A stretch of 64,000 nucleotides of DNA from Hemiscyllium ocellatum. Taxonomy: Eukaryota. Where the stretch lies: NCBI RefSeq assembly GCF_020745735.1, contig NC_083419.1, positions 37,036,085 to 37,100,084 of the forward strand, given 5' to 3'. A program made the translations under genes and the position numbers. The notes beneath the pieces are model-generated. The model worked only from the letters and a program-made list of their open reading frames with translations, had not been told where the DNA came from and searched no databases. Every line of letters begins with the position of its first letter. The first letter of the stretch is position 1. Below are positions 62,337-64,000 of the stretch, one piece after another.

Positions 62337-62377
62337 ACTGTTTTTGAATTATCTTCACGTCAAAGAATGTGGCAAAG
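62337..62377 (+). CDS. ERGIC2: ERGIC2 coding exon 5 (gene continues beyond the window)
   Basis: TVFELSSRQRMWQR; ttgcag| ... AG|GTAAGA. Confidence 0.93.
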
Positions 62378-63229
62378 GTAAGATGTACAGATTTTAAACA
62401 TCTCCTTCTTTGACATTTCTAGTAGCATGAGCAATATAAGAGGTGCGATTAGAGCAGCTTTTTTCATAGTTGTAACACCAGTAAATGGTTCAGAGTCTTT
62501 AAAAGATTTTCTATTCATTTTAAATAGCTCCAATTCAGTAAATAATTATGGTCAGTACAAGCAAACCAAAGTCTTGTACTTCATATAATTTGGGATTCTC
62601 TGCACTTTTAATAAAGGCTAAATTTAAGTTAGTGTAAGAAAAGCTTTACCATGAAAATCAATATTTCTTTCTTTTTATTTGCATCAAATTAATTGGAGAA
62701 ATGCTCAAGTATAGTTCCTCAAATGCAAAGATCTGGCTTATGAATGTCAGTAGATTATTTTACCATCTTTAATCCTGTTCCCATCAGTGCTCCTTTTAAT
62801 TTTACTTAGGCTTATGCAGAACCCAGAGTAGTTTGAGTGGCATTCGACATCCATTGAACAGAAATAATGCAATTTTTCTCACAGTTTCATGTATTGAAAG
62901 TACACATTTATATTATTTCACAGTTACTGGCATTCTACCTCCATACAGCCATTTTTTTCAGAGTGTTCACTATTAAAGGTGTGAATTTATATCATCATAC
63001 AATTGTAGGGTATTTTACCAGCTAAAATAAACAAAATTGTGTCCTCAGTTCAGATTTCTGGGGTCCTATTTGATAAGCGCATTACGTACAACAATACGAT
63101 ATGACCAAAAGAGAGCGTTAGTAACTTATTCACTTCTTTGGCAGCTTTTCACTCCTATCTTTGCCTGGTGTCCAATGATTGGATACTGTGTTCAGTTGAA
63201 ATATACAACTTAATTCAATCAAGTTGTCC

Positions 63230-63905
63230 GATTGATCTAGGGGTGCAGCTGCTTGGTTCCTTGAAAGTAGAGTCGCACAGAGAAAGTGTGGTGAAGACAG
63301 TGGGCACGCTTTCCTCCATTGGTCAGAATATTGTAGAAATTGGGATGTTATGTTGTGGCTGTACAGGACATTAGTCAGGCCACTTTTGAAATAATACGTT
63401 CAATTCTGGTCACCCTTGTATAGGAAAGATGTTGTTAAACTTGAGAGGGTGTAGAAAAGATTTACAAGGATGTTGCCAGGACTGGAGGGTTTGAGTTATT
63501 GGGGAGGCTGAATAGGCTGGGGCTGTTCTCTCTGGAGTGTCAGAGACAGACAGTGACCTTATAGAAGCTTATAAAATTATGAGGGGCGTTAGATAGGGTG
63601 AATAGCCAAAGTCCTTTTGCTAAGGTGGGTGAGTGCAAAACTACAGCGCATAGATTTAAGGTGAGGGGGAAAAAATTGTCAAAGGACCTGAGGAGTAACG
63701 TTCTCATGCAGAGAGTGGCGCGTGGATGGAATAAGCTGTCAGAAGAAGTGGTGGTGATGGGTACAATTACCCATCCAGATATTGGTCATGAATACAAAGG
63801 GTTTAGAGGGATATGGGTGACGACATCTAGGTCAGTTTTGGATGTTTGGTCAGCACGGATGAGTTGGACCAAAGGAGATCCGTGCTTGATGACTATTTAT
63901 TTATG
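63230..63905 (+). mobile_element. CR1/HER1 3' fragment
   Basis: DLGVQLLGSLKVES...QRVARGWNKLSEEVV followed by the 3' UTR. Confidence 0.88.
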
Positions 63906-64000
63906 ATCTGTTTTTGGATTTACACTTAATCAAGTTCATGAGGCTAAATCCATACTCTGACAGCAGTTGATGCCTGAATGTTGCACAAATATCCATAAGA

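Noticed and set aside
1-64000. CRISPR arrays, rRNA, or prokaryotic operons and defence systems
   Set aside because: The sequence is intron-containing vertebrate DNA; repeats are dispersed retroelements and there is no regularly spaced repeat-spacer array

Overview
AT-rich, repeat-dense vertebrate genomic DNA, almost certainly from a shark or other elasmobranch (HE1-type V-SINEs, HER1/CR1 LINEs). Three spliced protein-coding genes can be assembled by hand. DNAJB9/ERdj4 (minus strand, complete, about 218 aa) and THAP5 (plus strand, complete, about 276 aa) lie head-to-head on a roughly 220 bp CpG-rich bidirectional promoter. The 5' part of ERGIC2 follows (plus strand; a non-coding exon near 41.5 kb and five coding exons at 56.9-62.4 kb) and runs off the window. 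The remainder is mostly nested transposon debris: many CR1 LINEs, an L2 fragment, an internally deleted L1/Tx1-type LINE, a Gypsy element with the unusual Gmr1-like INT-before-RT order, and Tigger and hAT transposase fossils missed by the ORF track. The most striking unannotated signal is a set of Penelope-like elements and short fold-back derivatives, from at least four sequence families, whose termini carry minimal type I hammerhead ribozyme motifs. Many sit as inverted pairs flanked by 9-15 bp target-site duplications. All calls come from manual reading and recalled family motifs; no searches were run and repeat boundaries are approximate.
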